Assembly: GCF_009914755.1 (NCBI RefSeq)
Contig: NC_060927.1
Source of the DNA: the human T2T-CHM13v2.0 reference genome, Homo sapiens
Direction: 5' to 3' (one strand)
Length of the DNA: 64,000 nucleotides
The notes beneath the pieces were generated by a model. That model was not told the origin of the DNA. It did no database searches and was given only the letters and a program-made list of their open reading frames with translations. This document shows positions 14,027 through 33,472 of this stretch, in pieces; within the stretch, counting starts at the first letter, position 1, and every line of letters starts with the position of its first letter. Both the position numbers and the translations under genes were made by a program.

Positions 14027-14224
14027 ATGCCGTCAGCCTTGGCCATCTTCACTTGCCGCCCGAACTCGCACCCGTTTCAGGAGCGTCATGTCTACCTGGA
14101 CGAGCCCATCAAAATCGGCCGCTCAGTGGCCCGCTGTCGACCAGCGCAGAATAATGCCACTTTTGATTGCAAAGTGCTATCAAGGAACCACGCTCTCGTC
14201 TGGTTTGATCACAAGACGGGCAAG
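14027..14224 (+). CDS. SLMAP: SLMAP (sarcolemma-associated protein, STRIPAK component) first coding exon, N-terminal part of the FHA domain
   Basis: [66 protein letters not shown] (66 aa) with FHA motifs IGR and SRNH; ends at phase-0 donor AAG|GTAATG. Confidence 0.96.
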
Positions 14225-15651
14225 GTAATGTCACCACATTGTCCAGCGGCATTGTTTAACAAACTTTTTTTCCCCTTTTGCCCTCCCTGAGAGGACTAAT
14301 GTATGCAGGATCCCAGGGTTTGCATCCAGAGGAGGCTTTGCGCAAAGCCACGAATCAACTGTTTGTGTGCCTGGTTCTAGTGGAAATTTGATTGAGGTGG
14401 TTGAATGGAAAACAGAGAAGGTATTGTAATTAAAAGCCTCAGGAGGGCTATGGCATCTTGATAACGTGGTCATTCCCAGTGAAATCCCAAACTAGATAGT
14501 GAAACTTGGCGTCTTGCTTTTAGTCTGTTTAGAAAGGTGAATTCACAGTTCAGCGCTTTATTAAGCAAGCAGCAGTTCTCGAAGCAATTCGGGGAATCCG
14601 TGGCCATTATTATCCCGGGGCTCAAGTGTCTTAGTGGTGAAATGTAGTTAACACATAGCTTTAGGTGAGTTCAGATCAGGACCTTTCTAGTAAGGATAAT
14701 TGCTGATATAAACCTAAGATTTTTGAAAGGTTTGATACATACTTGCCCTTGGAGGAGTAATTTGCAATAATCAAAGCTAATTTAATTAAGCATGAACAAC
14801 TGTAACTTTATATATTTTCAGAGTTTTTTTTACAAGTTGGAGAACATACACATATTGCGTTTGAAAATCACTTTTTGATGTTCCCTGCAGCACTTATTAA
14901 GTACTTAATGCATACTTACAGAGGTGCTATTCAAAAGTTAGTGTTAGGAAATAAACTTACTTTCTGAAATTATACCCTATTCTGTCAATTATAGCATTAC
15001 TTAAATGTGATACGATGAATTCAGTGCTTTTCATTTTAAGCGTAACCAATTTAGTATTTTTATGTTAGTATCGTAAGTTACTATACATGTATGTGCTTTT
15101 ATTTTAAGAAGTGAAGAAAGAAATTAAGATCCTTTCCATTTTTAAAAACTGTTTATTTATGTTTGTGGAGAGTATACTAAAGAGCTCATCTTTGTGCCTA
15201 AACCTCAGGTTTTTAGCTGAGCTACTGAATCAGTTCCAACTTTAAGTTATGTAAGACTAATAGGACTGTCTCAGGTTTCACCTCCTGACTTTTTGCCCCT
15301 CTTTCTGAGTTAAATAATTAAATCTTTCTTAAAGGAAGAACTTAAGTCTTCAAGAATATGTTTTGAAATGAAAGAAACCTGAGCCTCAAAAGGAAGAGAA
15401 AAAAATGATACTTCGGCAGCTACTGATTTAAGGAATTATTTTGTAAATTATTTTTTAAAGAAAGGAGGAAAAGATTGTCCAAGTGCTGTGTGCTGCATAA
15501 TATCTATACTTTACGTGTAGGATGAGAACTGAAGAGTATGTTAACTTTTCTGTTTAACACCAGATCCTCATTTACCTGTGGAACAGACCCTTCACTCGCT
15601 CCTCGCAAGCTGAAGTTAGGGTGCCTAAAATACTTCATAGATTACTCGTAA

Positions 15652-15951
<300 letters not shown>

Positions 15952-16321
15952 TCATAATTCTTTAAAATGAATATTCATAGAACTCATTTTTCCAGCAGTT
16001 GAATTCAAACATCAGTTTACTACTAAGTAGTGCCTTAACTCAACCAGCTTTTACATTTTCACCATTTTATGTTCTTGGGCAACAGGTCTAAACTAATCAG
16101 ACAACAGGTTGGCTCACAGTACATACTCTGCGAATGCACTTTCTTTGATGAAACACTCGAAGGGGACTCCCATTTTTTGTTTTACTTATTTGAAAAATAC
16201 TGATTTCATGCCCAGTGCTTTCCATGGCTGTACTAAAACTCTCACAATAGGTTATTTTGAGATAACTAAGAATAGGTCAGTAGTGACTGTTTCATGAATT
16301 GAGATGACATGTTAATATTTG

Positions 16322-16614
<293 letters not shown>

Positions 16615-16967
16615 ATGAAATTAGTTCTTCAGAAAAACTTATCTTTGAATGGTAGATATGGCTTATTTCTACCATTTTCACTTTTTTCCTCCTGCTTTAT
16701 TAGCTAAAATAACACGCAGGCTATGAGACCACTACTTTAGATATAGATGTAATTATTGATTATTATACCACTTAATCTAGTTATAGCGGATGCTCTGTCA
16801 GATCTTACCATGTCATTGAATTGTTTTAGGAATTAACTATTTAAAGTTTTGGTTTGGACAGATAGTAGGTTTTAATTGAGCATCTATTATGTGCCAGACA
16901 CTGTGAGGGATACAGTTCCAAAGAAAACCCACAGTGCGACCAAATAGTTCTCGTATGAAATTTGCAG

Positions 16968-17476
<509 letters not shown>

Positions 17477-17633
17477 TAAATCACTTAGCACCCTGTCCCT
17501 GGCTCTTACTAAGCACCCAATACTCAGCAGAGAGGGTGTTTAGTGGGGAAGAGGGAACTATTTAGACAACACTGTGCAATTTGCTATAGTGCTATGGAGT
17601 CTTAGGAAGGTGATGAGAAATTATTTTCTTTAA

Positions 17634-18015
<382 letters not shown>

Positions 18016-18140
18016 TAAATTGGCAGTTTACCTGGGCGGTCGACAATTGGGGTAATATGTGCTTTGGGTGACTTTCACTTTGTGGTGACTGTTGCATTCT
18101 GCATTGTCCATTATGGGAGGCTCATTAAAAGTTGGAAGAA

Positions 18141-18449
<309 letters not shown>

Positions 18450-18462
18450 GTTGGAAGAAATA

Positions 18463-18797
<335 letters not shown>

Positions 18798-18956
18798 TCA
18801 AATGATACATGTTCATTTTAGAATATCTGCAAAATGTAGGCAGGTGGAAATCTAAGTGACACTTTTTAATGCTAAGCTCATGGAATATCTTATTGTATAA
18901 TACTTAAATCTGCATGTTGAAGGGTGACAGGTTTGGCACAAAGCAGAGTTTCATAA

Positions 18957-19398
<442 letters not shown>

Positions 19399-19646
19399 TA
19401 GAATGGTTATTAATTCCTCTGTTGATTCAAGGCACCACTGAGCAAGCAGATCTACCCATATAGTGGTTACATAGAAAGGATAGTGAGTGAACTCTTGTGA
19501 TTTGGATGGCCCTATTTGATTTGAGGCTTTGGGGTACCGGTGACATGCTAGTGGTTGACATAGTAGTCTATTTCCAGTTTCACTGAAGTTTACTTACTAG
19601 TGGTAGTAGTTGTCTACTTCTAGTCTCACGTTTAATTTAAACTTAG

Positions 19647-19949
<303 letters not shown>

Positions 19950-20584
19950 TAGTGCATCTTTTTGAGCACCTGTTCTATCATGATTTGTTTTAGTGAAGGG
20001 CATAGTGGTAAAGGGGGAGAAAATGACAAACTGATGAGGATTTGTTATTTCTTCTTTCTAGGAACTTTTACATTGGATAGAGAGGGTGACAGTGCACTTT
20101 GAAAATAGTTGAGATAGGTGATATTATGTAAGTTTCAATGGCAAAAGAATAATGACATTTGACTTTAAAATTAGGGGTGGATAGATAAGAAAAGGTGTTT
20201 TTTTGGTTATTTTTATTTTTTTTGTGGGGATGAGGATGGAATAAAAAGCAGATAATTTTGAATGAGCTTTGCATTTTCCAAATGCTGAGGAAACTGACTT
20301 TGTTGGATTAGAGAGTTCTTTGAAGAGTAGCCAAGGGTGCACATCTATTCTGTGTGATGTTCTTGTTTGTGCCTTGTCTTTGTAATTAATTTTCACACTC
20401 TGGAAGACAGGAACGTTTTCCTACTATCTTGTATAAAGTAGTTGTTGAATAAATGAAGCTGACTAGATAGTGTGGTGCCAGGTTGTGAAGTGCCTTGCTT
20501 ACCAAGCTTAGGATGTGGACCCTTGGGTTATGGAAGGCCTACGAGAGTTCTGAGCAGAGCACTGACATACCAAACCCCTGTTTA

Positions 20585-20995
<411 letters not shown>

Positions 20996-21443
20996 CTATA
21001 TACTGGGCCCTATTCTAAATGCTTTACTTGTTAACTTATTTAATCTTCAAGTAACTCTTTGAGGTGCTTGTTTTTTCTGCATTGACCTGTGAGGAAATTG
21101 AGGCACAGAGAGATCTTGGTCAAGTTCACCTAGCTATTAAATGGTAGAATTGAGATTTAAACTCAAGCTCATAACCACTGTGCTATTCTAAAGGCTTTAT
21201 AACACTTTAGATATGATGTGATTTTGTGAGGGCATAGACCAGGTTAACAGTAGGAATGAAAATGATTAAATGCCAGAAAATGAAAAAAGATAAGAGTATT
21301 AAATTAACTTGCACATTAGGACTTCGGCAAAGCGCAAGGTCCTGTGTGAACTGAAGACTTTAGGGAAAGTTTAATGGATGAAACAGTTTCATGGATGAAA
21401 TCCAATTTAAACTAGACCTTAGGACTTTTAAAAAGAGGAAGAA

Positions 21444-21774
21444 TGGCCAGGAACAGTGGCAAATGCCTGTAATATCAGCTACTTGGGAGGCTGAGTCTGG
21501 AAGATTGCTTGAGGCCAGGAGTTTGAGGCTGTAGTATGCCAAAATTGCACCTGTGAAAATCCACTGCACTGCAGCCTTTGCATCATAGCAATAATTTGTC
21601 TCTAAAAAACAAAAAGTTCAAAAACTTGTATTTGCCAGGGGTGCATCAGGTCTGTAGCCCCACCTATTTGGGAGGATGAAACAGGAGGATCACTTAGGCC
21701 AGGAGTTCAAGGCTATAGTGCACTATGATTGCTCTAGCCTGGGTGACATAGTGAGACCCATCTTAAAAAAAAAT
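21444..21774 (+). mobile_element. Two tandem FAM/FRAM-like Alu monomers
   Basis: Two diverged monomers (~21444-21612, ~21633-21774), each with an A tail. Confidence 0.7.
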
Positions 21775-22366
21775 ATGGGGTTAAGGGATAGATTGTAGTT
21801 AGGGTCAGTCAGGGAAAGGAGTTTTGGGTGGGAGGAAGAAGCAGGGATGATACGGCATGTTCCAAGGACATTGTAAGGAAGACATTGTGAAGAGCCTGCT
21901 GAATTTGACAACCAAGATTGTTTCTTCTTTTTTCCTCCACACATCTAAACATGACCACAAAGATCCTAGCCTCAGCTTTTGGGAGAATGGCAGGTCATAC
22001 ATTCTTTTACTTTTTATTTGTTTGTATGTTTGTTTTAACAGATACTTAAGTTTTTTGTTGACAGAAGTATAAAGATCATTAAGGGGTGCTGGTGTTTGTG
22101 AGAAAGTCTTTTACTTGACAAGTTGTATTTAAGACACATAATGTGAACATGTATAGGAAGCCAGATTATATCTTTAAAGCACATGTTCATTTCCCTCTAT
22201 ATTATTTTTCATAATAGTGGGAAATTGATAAAATATTTTATCTGTGATTTCAAATTGTTAAAAATATCGACAGTGTATATACTTAAAGCATTTTTTTTCC
22301 CACTTAGTTCTTTGACATTACTCCTTAGGTTAAATTCACTCTTTGCCCTTTTAGGCTTCTGTCTGA

Positions 22367-22690
22367 TTTTCTTTCTTTTTTTTTTTTTTTTGAGACGGAG
22401 TCTTGCTCTGTTGCCCAGGCTGGAATACAGTGGCGCGATCTCGGCTCATTGTAAGCTCCGCCTCCCGGGTTCACGCCATTCTCCTGTCTCAGCCTCCTGA
22501 GTAGCTGGGACTACAGGCGCCTACCACCACACCCGGCTAATTTTTTTTTTTTTTTTTTTTTTTTGTATTTTTAGTAGAGACAGGGTTTCACCGTGTTAGC
22601 CAGGATGGTCTCGATTTCCTGACCTCGTGATCCGCCTGCCTCAGCCTCCCAAAGTGCTGGGATTACAGGCGTGAGCCACCACACCCAGTC
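22367..22690 (-). mobile_element. AluY
   Basis: AAGCTCCGCC, TTCACGCCATT and GTTAGCCAGGATGG diagnostics. Confidence 0.92.
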
Positions 22691-23267
22691 TACCTGTCTG
22701 GTTTTCTTAAGTGATATTTCTGCTAGAGCTTAGTATTTATTCTTTTTGGTAAGTAGGGAAGAGAATGTCATTTAGAGTTTTAAGTGAAAAGATTGTGAAG
22801 TTAACTCTTAATATATGTCAGTTACTTCATAGTTACTTGAATCAAGAAAAATGGTGGCATTTATTAGCGGCTGAAACGTTCTAAGTTTACAGTCCAGACT
22901 CTTTCCTCTTCTCAGGTACATGCTTCTCTTACTGACACTATATAGGTAGATAAATAGTTACACCTTTGCTTAAAAATCTTTGACGTTGCCTCATTAATTT
23001 TTAGCATTAAAATCTATATCTTATTTTCTTTTTTTCTAGCTCTCTCTTTTATTACTGTTTTTTCTTCACCCCAAACTTTGTGTACTAGCTGTATGACAGT
23101 GTTCACTGTTTCTAGAACAAGTGCCTTTTTTTGCTGTTTTGTCTTCTAGAATGACCTCTTCTTGTCATCCCTTAAGGCTCAGTTCCAATGTGAAACCTTC
23201 CCTGACTCCCTTTAACTGAAGAATTAATTGCTTCTTCCTCTATACTTCCATTTAACTTTGTGTATAA

Positions 23268-23666
<399 letters not shown>

Positions 23667-24811
23667 TGAACTCTTGAGAGCAAGAGAATAGGCACTACAT
23701 TCATGTTTGAATGAGGGAAATGTGAACAATGGAGCGGTTTGTATTTCTGCAAACCTGTGCAGTGTTAAAGGGCAGAAAGTCATTCAAGTTAGTTCTCAAT
23801 TTGAGATCATGGACTCAATTATCAATATGTAGTCTTTGTATAAGTCATTATTTATTGAGAGCTTGCAGTTTGCAAAACATTTTGCTAAGTGTTTTTGGAT
23901 CGTAGATCCAAATCTTGTGATTGGTGATATGAAATTATATATATGAACTATTACAATTTCACACAAAATAATTTTAAAAGGTTTTAGAATAATCAGAGTG
24001 CTTTCTTGTTTCATTTGGTCTATATAACACTCTTAGAAGGTAAGTAAAACAGCTGCAGTCTGGCTCGCTTTTGTCCAAAAAGAGTTTGATGTTTAGAGGT
24101 TATTTGTACAAGATCATCTAGTGGTAACTATGGGAGTTTTTTTCCCCCCAAAATGAAAGCCAACTATTAGACATTTATTCTGAACTGTCTTCTTAGGGAC
24201 TGAGCAATTATTATGAAAATCTGTCTTTTGCTCTCTTGAAAGGTAATCTAAGCTATTGCTTTTTGATGTATAACCGAAACTTGTCATATTACGGACTTTC
24301 AAAGACTGAAATAACTCAAGTTAATTATTTCTCTGAGTCAGCTAACATTTTTAAAAACTTACCTCTACTACTCCTAGAAATACAATATTTTTTCTTGGGC
24401 TTGCATTCAGGCAAACTGATTTGGCTTTGGGTATATATGAAAATGAATGAAACAGCCTTGGAAAAACTTGTTTGGCCATGTACATTTTTCATGCTTTATA
24501 AGAGAGTAGCTGACAAATGTAAAGAAAAGAAGGAAAGCTTATATAGGCACTTGAAAATATGGACGTGTTTGGTGGTTAGTACTGTATCTTTTGTCAAGTA
24601 TACAATTTGGGTTGGATTTTAAATTTAAGCACATAGAAACTGTGTGTTAAGATTTTCTCAATATTTTCAGGCTTACAGTTTTATTTATATATAAGTACTG
24701 ACTTATTCTAGCTGAGCCAAGCAGAAAGGATTTTCCAATATAGACTTTCAAGCTTTTCTTATTTTTTACTTATACAAATAACAGGAATACATTCTCATAA
24801 AAAGTCAAGCA

Positions 24812-24910
24812 GGCCAGGTGTGGTGGCTCACACCTGTAATCCTAGCACTTTGGGAGGCTGAGGCAGGAAGATTGCTTGAGGCCAGGATTTCAAGTTCAGC
24901 CTGGGCAACT
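24812..24910 (+). mobile_element. FLAM / Alu left-arm fragment
   Basis: GGCCAGGTGTGGTGGCTCAC...CCTGGGCAAC. Confidence 0.8.
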
Positions 24911-24989
24911 GTTTATATGAAATGTGTAGAATAGGTAAATTCATAGAAACAAAGATTGGTGGTTTCTAGGGGCTGAGGGTAATTAGGAA

Positions 24990-25417
24990 TGTGATGGTTA
25001 ATTTTATGTCAGTGTGGCTAGGCTGTGGTATCAGTTTTTCACTTGACCAACTTTTGGTCAAACACCAACCTGATATTCCTGTGAAAGTATTTCTTAGATG
25101 TGACTAACATTTATACCATTATACTTTGAGTAAAGCATATTACCCTCCATAATGTGGGTGGGCCTCTCTAATCAGTCGAAGGCCTTAAAAAAAAAGACTG
25201 AGGTCCCCCTGAAGTTAGGAATTTTGCCCTCACAAAGCTGTTGGACTCAAGACTACACAACAGCTCTTCCCTGAATCCCTAGTCTAATGATATGCCCCGC
25301 CAATTTCATACTTGCCAGCACCCCCCACCCCAGTTGCGTGAGCCAATTCCATTAGATAAATCTCTCTATATAAATGTACATGCAATCGGTTCTGTTTTTC
25401 TAGAGCCTTGACTAACA
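24990..25417 (+). mobile_element. MLT2-type (ERVL) solo LTR inserted in an L1MB 3' fragment (24911-25550)
   Basis: TGTGATGGTTAATTTTATGTC start and TTCTGTTTTTCTAGAGCCTTGACTAACA end; L1M sequence on both sides. Confidence 0.75.
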
Positions 25418-25559
25418 TAGGATATGACTGCCAAATTGGTACGAGTTTCTTTTTGGGATGATGAAAATGTAAAATTGATTGTGGCGATGGTTGCACAACT
25501 CTGAATTGTATACTTAAATTGGCAATTGTATGGTGTTTGAATTATATCTCCAAAAAGGA

Positions 25560-25998
<439 letters not shown>

Positions 25999-27217
25999 CA
26001 AAAAGGAATGTTAGATGAAGTAATAGCTTAGTGAAAGCAGCTTGGGATATAGGAAGTAGAAGACAGTGAGTGAGTATTCAAGGTAGGTAGGATTAACAGA
26101 GCAACTTTTGAAGTACCATATAGTTTGATTTTTCTCTCTGCTTCCTTATTGTGAATGTCTTACTCTTGGTTGGACCTTTGTTTTAACAAATGTAGTATAT
26201 AGATAGTACGTTTCCAATCTTGAAATATTTGTTTCTAGGCACAATTTTGGTGTTATTGAGAAGTTGTAGTGCCAGAGTATTAATGTGAGAATTGAGAGAA
26301 ATGGTTAAGATATAGTTTAAAAGTCTCGATCTGCACCTCAATCAGTTCAGCATAAGATTGATTTTACTTACCAAGGAATCTTTGATGTATGCAGGCACAT
26401 ACATAGAAGCAGTAAAGTATTGTTAGGATGAACTGTACTAGTTTGATTAGAAGACAGTATTCATTTAAATTGTAGCTGAACCCAAACTGGGGCCATTATG
26501 CATTCTTAGTCTTTAGTATCTGAGTGTCTCATTCTTGCAGTGCGGTGTGGTGTCCAGCACATAATCCTGGAAAAATATAATTACGATACAAATAAGTCAA
26601 ACAATAGTAGCATCTGTGAATCATTGTTTCCAGGGAGCTAAGAGAGTGATGTATTCCTTCCCCCAGGATTGGGGGCAGAAAATGTGGGAGCAAAGAAGAG
26701 AGCTTCACAGAGAAAGTTGTTTTTAAGCCACTGTTTGAAGAGTGAGTAGGGCTTTGCTAGCTGGATAAAAAAGAGCAATGCATTCTAGCTGGAAGCATAT
26801 GTTTAAGGCAGAAAAGCCTGAAAGAGAGTGATGTATTCTGGGAATGCAAACCCAGAAGTTGACAAAATTGGGGGGAAGAAAATAGAGCTGCTGTCAGTTC
26901 TTTGGGGGTAGTCGAGAACTGAAGGCAGATGCCTTAAGGGAGGCAGTGTAGTCAAAGATTTTGGAGTTGGACTACTGGTATTGGAATCCTGGCTCCATTG
27001 CTTGCCAGATATGTGACCTTGGGGAGTCTCTGTGTTTTCAGTTTTCCTCATATGTAAAAGGAGGCTAATAATCGTATTTACTTCATGGGACTTTTGTAAA
27101 CATTTGATGAGAATTGTAAAGCACTTAGCAGAATACCTGGCACAGGATAGGCAGTCAATAGCTTGTGGCTGTTAGAATTTTTCTTTCTTTTTTGGTTGGT
27201 GTGTTTGTATAGTAATA

Positions 27218-27465
27218 CCAGTTGAATATCCCTTATCAAAAATGCCTGAGATCAGAAGTTTTTTGGATTCCAGATTTTTTAGGATTTTGGAATATTTGCA
27301 TTATACTTACACTTACCAGTTGAACATTCCTAATTCAAAAATCTGTAATCAATTTGCTCCAAAATTCAGAACTTTTTGAGTACTGACATAGTACTCAAAG
27401 GAAATGCTCATTGGAACCTTTCAGATTTCAGATTTCAAATTTTCAGATTTGGGTTGCTCAACCTG
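27218..27465. mobile_element. Tigger4/MER46-type DNA transposon remnant
   Basis: TIR-like ends CAGTTGAATATCCC...GGGTTGCTCAACCTG with flanking TA; (CAGATTT)n subterminal repeats. Confidence 0.75.
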
Positions 27466-27494
27466 TATTACTTACGCAAACTCCTCTCCTGTAT

Positions 27495-27590
27495 GCTGCT
27501 CCTGCTCCTCCCTCTGCTCTCCCCTCCCCTCCCCTCCCCTCCCCTCCCCTCTCCTCTCCTCCCTTCTCTTTCTCCTCCTCCTCCTCCTTT

Positions 27591-27622
<32 letters not shown>
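27495..27622. repeat. Compound low-complexity repeat (CCCCT)n/(CCT)n/(GA)n
   Basis: Directly visible, at an Alu tail. Confidence 0.9.
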
Positions 27623-28060
<438 letters not shown>

Positions 28061-28950
28061 TTATTTTTTGTAAATGTGCTTTTTCATTGTTGAAAAAATT
28101 TCTTCTTTGAATATATCTTTTGAGTTCCCTAAACTAAGTAAATTCTTTTTTGAATGCGTGAAACTTTTTTGAATATGTTAAAGAAATCATCTGTTGATTA
28201 ATGCGTGTTATCCACTTCTACTAAGTTTGTACAGTTTCCCTGTTAAAGCAATAAAATCAGTAGCATACTTAAGATCCGCCTTACTTGAAGATTTGAAATT
28301 AAAGAAGTTGGGTAAATTACAAGAATCTAGTCAGTCAGTTAGGAAAAATATAAAAGAACCTATAATGCTCTTATCAGGCACCATAGAACATGGTGAAATT
28401 ACGATATTACTTCAGTCTTCAAGGAGTTTCTCGTTTAATTGGAAAGCTAAAGCTAACTCCCATAAAGAATTAAGGAAGAATTAAGAGCACTATGTGATCA
28501 AGATTGAGAAGGCTTGTTTGTCATGTAAGGGGGACTTGAATTGGACCCTGAAGATTTAGGGTAGAGAATAACAGGTGTCCTTGGTGTATATGTCCTTGGT
28601 GTATAAAGGTCTGTATTGAAAGGCATTCCCCAGAAGAACAGTCAGGAGGCAGTTGAGTCTGGAAGAACATTTTATCAGTTGAGGTTTTAGTTATATGCCA
28701 CAGACATTGTTGATAGCTGATTTAAGAAGAATAGCAGTATGTTGAAAGGGGATTGGGTTGTTTTCAGAATCGTTGAAAGGCTGGGATTCAGTTTGGAAAC
28801 CGATGCTGGAGTCACAGCCAAAATCGTGCCACAGAAGTGGCGTTGTGCAGACATGGCTGCTGCATTTCTTGAGCACTTATACCTCAGCTTATAATGTTGA
28901 CATTTGATATTGGATGATGCCTTTGGCACTGTTGTTATTGCTGCTTCTGA

Positions 28951-29340
<390 letters not shown>

Positions 29341-29658
29341 TGATGTAAAGTGCTAAGCTTGTATGTTTGGTTGAGCCTAGGTACATGACCATGACTTAGC
29401 TTCAAAGGAAGCTATAAACGACAGCGTGTGTCATTTCAGCTTTTAGTGGGGGGATAGGCTTTGCCTCCCACCAAGTTGGATAATTATCCAGTAATAGCCA
29501 GTGGGTTGAGATGCCAGCATCCAAGAAAATGACCAGTGTTTCCTCCAAGTAGAGTTTGTATTTTAAGGAGCCCTGTTACTGGATTACCACCAGATGGTTT
29601 AGATTAAATGACAGAGTTGAACCTCAGTTAGACTGCATTTCAGGTAAGCGGTGGAGAT

Positions 29659-29874
29659 AAGTAAGTCCTCAACATCAGTGTCATCAATAGGTTCTTGGAA
29701 ACTGTGAGACTAAGCCACATCATGTACTATATGCTGTAGGAACTTAATTCTTGTTTATATTAATTAGCCTATGGTAAAATTGGTAAAATTGGTTTCTTTA
29801 TACAATATGTCATTTTACTTAAAATCACTGTTTCCAAAAACCTATCCATGACTATGTTAAGTGAGGACTTTCTG
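29659..29874. mobile_element. MER82-like TcMar-Tigger remnant
   Basis: TIR-like AGTAAGTCCTCA...TGAGGACTTTCTG; AATAGGTTCTTGGAAAC / GTTTCCAAAAACCTATC. Confidence 0.6.
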
Positions 29875-30850
29875 TACAGGGTTGATGGGACCATAGGGCA
29901 AAAACCTTTAGGAAATCAAGGCATAAACTTTGGGGGCTAAGAATCTTGGAGTTGCAACTGTGGGGAAAGCAATGCCTCCACTTAATTCATCTCGATAACC
30001 CAATAACTAAACTAGTATGTCCTAAGGTGGGTTATGAAACACCTGTCTGCTTTAGCATTCTGACTTCATATTAGAGTGATTGTAAAATGATAAAGATTGG
30101 TTTCATAAGTATAGTGAGCAGACAAGATTTGAAGATTCCGAAGTATTAATATAATTTATTTTCTTTTATTTTTAAAAACTACCTACGTATTGGAAAATAG
30201 GATGTTTCTTATTTTCAAGATTATTTTTATCTTGGCATATTAAAAGACTGCACTTGTGTGCATTTTTAAGGTTTTTTATATCATTTAAAATACTGCAGTA
30301 AGCTCATTTAAATACTATTTCTGATATTGCCAGAAGTATAGATTTAATACTTTGAATAAAACAATGAAAGAAGTTAAAAGGATTATGATGAAAATATTGT
30401 ATGTAATTGTCCAAGCAAAAGGTAGGTATTAAATGATAGAAACTGCTTCAGAACTTCAGTATGAAATATATTTTAAAACATAACACCTATGTAGTAGTAC
30501 TAGTCTTACCATTTTAAACTGATACTCTAAACTGAGGTTTATTTATAATTGCCAGTTGTGTGGAGGCAGAGTTTTAAGATGAGCAGCAGTTAAGTTTGTT
30601 GGTTTTAATAGTTTTTTTACCCACTTCCCTGATTTGAGAACTGTATTAAAATTTTATCCTTTATTTTAGCTGCAGCTATTTTGAAAGCTGATATAAAAAT
30701 AGGTAAACTTTTTGAATAATGTGTGAAAAAATGATTAAAAAGTACTTCAAACATTAGGTGTTAGTATTATTATGAAAATTAGTTGTTATTACTGTCTCCT
30801 TTCACTAATCTTTATTATTATTGCTTTGTCATAGTGGTATGTAGTCTTAG

Positions 30851-31190
<340 letters not shown>

Positions 31191-31419
31191 AACAGACAAT
31201 TATTTTTAACATGGCTGCCTTGTTGTAGGTCTGATGATTGTGCTTCATATATTTAAGCATTAATATGTATTCATATATATACTTAAATGCAAAGTTAAAC
31301 ATTTTGTATAGAAAAATGTTTACTCCTGATATTTAAGTCCTGCTGCCAAAATATTATTCCCCAAACCAAATATTTGGAGTTTTGGTATCTGAATGTTGGG
31401 ATTGGATAAGAAAACTTTA

Positions 31420-31707
31420 TATTTTTCTTTTTTTTTTTTGAGACGGAGTCTCGCTCTGTCGCCCAGGCCGGAGTACAGTGGCGCGATCTCGGCTCACTGC
31501 AAGCTCCGCCTCCTGGGTTCACGCCATTTTCCTGCCTCAGCCCCCGAGTAGCTGGGACTACAGGCGCCCACCACTGCCCCCGGCTAATTTTTTTGTATTT
31601 TTAGTAGAGACGGGGTTTCACCGTGGTCTCGATCTCCTGACCTTGTGATCCGCCCACCCCGGCCTCCCAAAGTGCTGGGATTACAGGCGTGGGCCACCGC
31701 GCCCGGC
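31420..31707 (-). mobile_element. AluY, Yd lineage
   Basis: 12-bp left-arm deletion (TTTCACCGT|GGTCTCGATC at 31624); TSD GAAAACTTT(A/G)TATTTTT. Confidence 0.8.
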
Positions 31708-31757
31708 GAAAACTTTGTATTTTTCAAGTTCAGCCACTTTAAAAATACTTGTGGCTG

Positions 31758-31876
31758 GGCCAGGCATATTGGCTTACGCCTGTAATTCCAACACTTTGGA
31801 AGGCTGAGGCAGGAGGATTACTTGAGCCCAGGAATTCAAGACCAGCCTGAGCAACAAAGTGAAACCCTGTTGGTAC

Positions 31877-31910
<34 letters not shown>

Positions 31911-32063
31911 GGGCGTGGTGGTGTATGCCTGTAGTCCCGGCTGCTTGAGGGAGGCTGAGTGCAGAAGATAGCTTGAGCCTGGGAGTTGGGGGGCTGCAGT
32001 GAGCTATGATCGCGCCACTGCACTCCAGCCTGGGAGACAGAACAAGACCCTATCTCAAAAAAA
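31758..32063 (+). mobile_element. Alu (AluJ-like)
   Basis: Dimer with long mid A-tract. Confidence 0.88.
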
Positions 32064-32365
<302 letters not shown>

Positions 32366-32873
32366 AATTTTTTAAATAATTTAAAAAAATTAAATAGATT
32401 TGTGGAAAAGGATACTCATTCTCCCTTCTGGAATCAATGCCATAGTTTCAGTTTTATGACTATGTGCTACTTTGATAATAGTAGCAGTTAGTTGTTATTC
32501 CACTCACTTAAGCTTTCTTTATTTTTGAACTTTGAATTTTCTGGTTGTCTTTGGAGTTGGTTGGGCTGGGTAAATCTTAGTTATTAAGTGCTGTAGGTAC
32601 AGAAAATGAAAATTTATATAATGTTTATACATTTAACATTGTTACCTTCATTATATTTCCCATTTCTGTTGCTTTCACATTAGAGTTTTGTACTAATTCA
32701 GACTTTGTGGTTCTTATCTGTTGGCTGTTTTAAGTGTGGATATGTTTTGGGCAAATTCTATGGATTTTTGTTTTATTCTAAATCAGAATTGAGTGATAGA
32801 TCAAATAAGTGATCGTTTAATGCTTTCTTTGTGAAATTTTACCAATTTCCACAATTCTCCCTGATTTGTCCCT

Positions 32874-33193
<320 letters not shown>

Positions 33194-33472
33194 GATTTGT
33201 TTATTCTCTTAATATTTTGAACTTTGATCATGTTTAACACTTCACTTAACCCTTAATTATATATGGTTCTGGGTAAATTATTTGATTATTATGGCCCTAA
33301 TTAGCTTAAAATCTCCTTAAAAGTAACTGTAATAGACTATGCTACCTTGTGGCCCGACAGTATAGGTATAGTGCCTGTCATGTAGTAGATGGTTAAAAAA
33401 AATTATTGCCAACACAATACCTTTCTCCAAAGAAATTATGGAAGTACTAGCGTAAGAAATTTGACTTTTTTT

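Noticed and set aside
12682-14052. ORFs of 115-205 aa across the CpG island
   Set aside because: Expected in GC-rich DNA, with no recognisable domain; several have non-ATG starts
14225-14290. Read-through of the SLMAP ORF ([21 protein letters not shown])
   Set aside because: Follows a good splice donor; intronic
28576-28605. Short direct duplications (TGTCCTTGGTGTATA x2; also GGGAGTGTGACA x2 at ~45229)
   Set aside because: Ordinary slippage duplications with no sign of function
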